Shown here: piece after piece, positions 6,603 to 7,009 of the stretch
Numbering within the stretch: the first letter of the stretch is position 1
How the letters are laid out: each line of letters opens with the position of its first letter
Source of the DNA: Fonticula alba ATCC 38817
Taxonomy: Eukaryota; Protista; Nucleariida
DNA length: 7,009 bases
Reading direction: 5' to 3' (one strand)
NCBI GenBank assembly: GCA_000388065.2
Contig: KB932205.1
Made by a program: the position numbers and the translations under genes
The notes under the pieces: model-generated
The model's input: only the letters and a program-made list of their open reading frames with translations
The model's database searches: none
What the model was told of the DNA's origin: nothing

Positions 6603-7009
6603 GCGCGCGCGCGCAGCTGAGCCCATTCGAGGCGGAGCCCAGCTGTGGCATCTTCTCCCAGGTCCCGAGCTTCAGCAGCATCATCAACATTTTCGATGTC
6701 CTGTCGTCGGTCGCGCAGGAGCAGGTCAATCTGTCGCAGCTGTGCCTCTCCCTGTCGCAGACGGCCTACATGTCATCCAGCAACAACCTGGCTGGCCTGA
6801 CGAAGGTGCGGGCTTGGTGTCGCCCCTTCCGGCCGATTGAGCCTCCTCCTTTTACTTTTTTTTCTTCTTGCTGACCCCACTTGTGTGTGTGTGTGTGTGT
6901 ATGCTCGTGTGCCCGCATGCGTGCACTGCCCCAATCGTCCGGACAACCCAGCTCCTCCATCGGCTGGTGCTGGACTTCTGCCAGAAGCACTCTGGCGAAT
7001 TCGACACCG
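3761..7009 (+). CDS. Multi-exon gene, 3'-partial: join(3761..4234,4384..6492,6617..6805,6952..>7009); uncharacterised Ser/Pro/Gly-rich protein, about 943 aa in window
   Basis: Three GT..AG introns, all phase 0, join ORFs 3761+, 4261+ and 6203+ and the final segment into one stop-free frame (158+703+63+19 codons). Codons are mostly C/G-ending. Removing the introns also removes the microsatellite-derived runs (RARAHT, HTHTH). No protein family recognised. Confidence 0.82.
4235..4383 (+). other. Spliceosomal intron 1 (149 nt, phase 0)
   Basis: Donor GTGCGC, branch-like GCTCAC 4357-4362, C-rich tract and acceptor CCCCAG. I see no other AG in the intron. It removes the in-frame TGA at 4262-4264. 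Confidence 0.85.
4279..4301 (+). repeat. Intronic (GC)8(AC)3 microsatellite
   Basis: Read directly, inside intron 1. Confidence 0.9.
4384..6492 (+). CDS. Coding exon 2 (2109 nt, 703 codons), TKGTSSRARS...HSVLSAL
   Basis: Part of ORF 4261..6840, bounded by CAG|ACC and CTG|GTGCGC; length divisible by 3. Confidence 0.88.
4513..4551 (+). repeat. Coding (TCC)11-TCT-TCC repeat encoding Ser13
   Basis: In frame in exon 2 (LAAP-S13-A-SSSS). Confidence 0.92.
6493..6616 (+). other. Spliceosomal intron 2 (124 nt, phase 0)
   Basis: Donor GTGCGC, branch-like GCTCAT 6530-6535 or CTCAC 6570-6574, and no AG from 6527 until GCGCAG at 6616. It explains the frame switch from ORF 4261+ to ORF 6203+. Confidence 0.85.
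6572..6615 (+). repeat. Intronic (CA)11-CGCACAC-(GC)7-A compound microsatellite
   Basis: Read directly, inside intron 2; runs into the acceptor AG. Confidence 0.9.
6617..6805 (+). CDS. Coding exon 3 (63 codons), LSPFEAEPSC...NNLAGLTK
   Basis: High-complexity, globular-looking translation in the ORF 6203+ frame, bounded by CAG|CTG and AAG|GTGCGG. Confidence 0.85.
6806..6951 (+). other. Spliceosomal intron 3 (146 nt, phase 0)
   Basis: Donor GTGCGG, T-rich tract 6842-6869, GCTGAC 6870-6875, (TG)9, and the first AG after 6841 is CCCAG at 6951. Confidence 0.8.
6882..6900 (+). repeat. Intronic (TG)9 microsatellite
   Basis: Read directly, inside intron 3. Confidence 0.9.
6952..7009 (+). CDS. Coding exon 4, truncated by window end, LLHRLVLDFCQKHSGEFDT
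   Basis: Stop-free in phase 0 after the 6951 acceptor, with coding-like codons (CTC CTC CAT CGG CTG GTG CTG GAC TTC TGC CAG AAG). Confidence 0.78.

Noticed and set aside
4270-6626. Antisense and alternate-frame ORFs over exon 2 (for example 5220..6626 -, 4278..5444 +, 4466..5308 +)
   Set aside because: Shadow ORFs of a GC-rich CDS, with Arg/Pro/Gly-biased translations and no independent splice or start support.
6493-6840. C-terminal part of ORF 4261..6840 (VRALAIRP...HTHTH...PLPAD)
   Set aside because: It is read-through of intron 2 into the wrong frame of exon 3, and the translation contains microsatellite-derived residues.
6617-7009. Vague resemblance of the helical C-terminal segment to the leading helices of GAF/phosphodiesterase-type domains
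   Set aside because: No diagnostic motif is visible and the segment is truncated, so there is not enough to assign a family or gene symbol.

Overview
Very GC-rich eukaryotic genomic DNA with spliceosomal GT-AG introns, microsatellites, long G/C homopolymers and a 622-nt assembly gap (3049-3670). It is not prokaryotic: I see no operon, RNA gene, CRISPR array or recognisable mobile element. The one well-supported feature is a + strand multi-exon gene, join(3761..4234,4384..6492,6617..6805,6952..>7009), giving about 943 aa within the window and running off the 3' end. All three introns are phase 0 with GTGCG donors and CAG acceptors, and splicing joins three of the listed ORFs, plus a short terminal exon, into one open frame. 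The protein is mostly Ser/Pro/Gly/Ala low-complexity sequence (probably disordered) with many basophilic kinase motifs, one Cys/His-rich island and an apparently folded C-terminal region I cannot assign to a family. The left 3 kb is unresolved: its long ORFs look like GC-content artefacts, although it carries several splice-like signals and non-B-DNA-type repeats. The style (poly-C near splice sites, gaps at homopolymers, GPG-rich protein) reminds me of Fonticula alba-type protist assemblies, but that is an unverified impression. I found no clearly novel biological system; the findings are modest leads.
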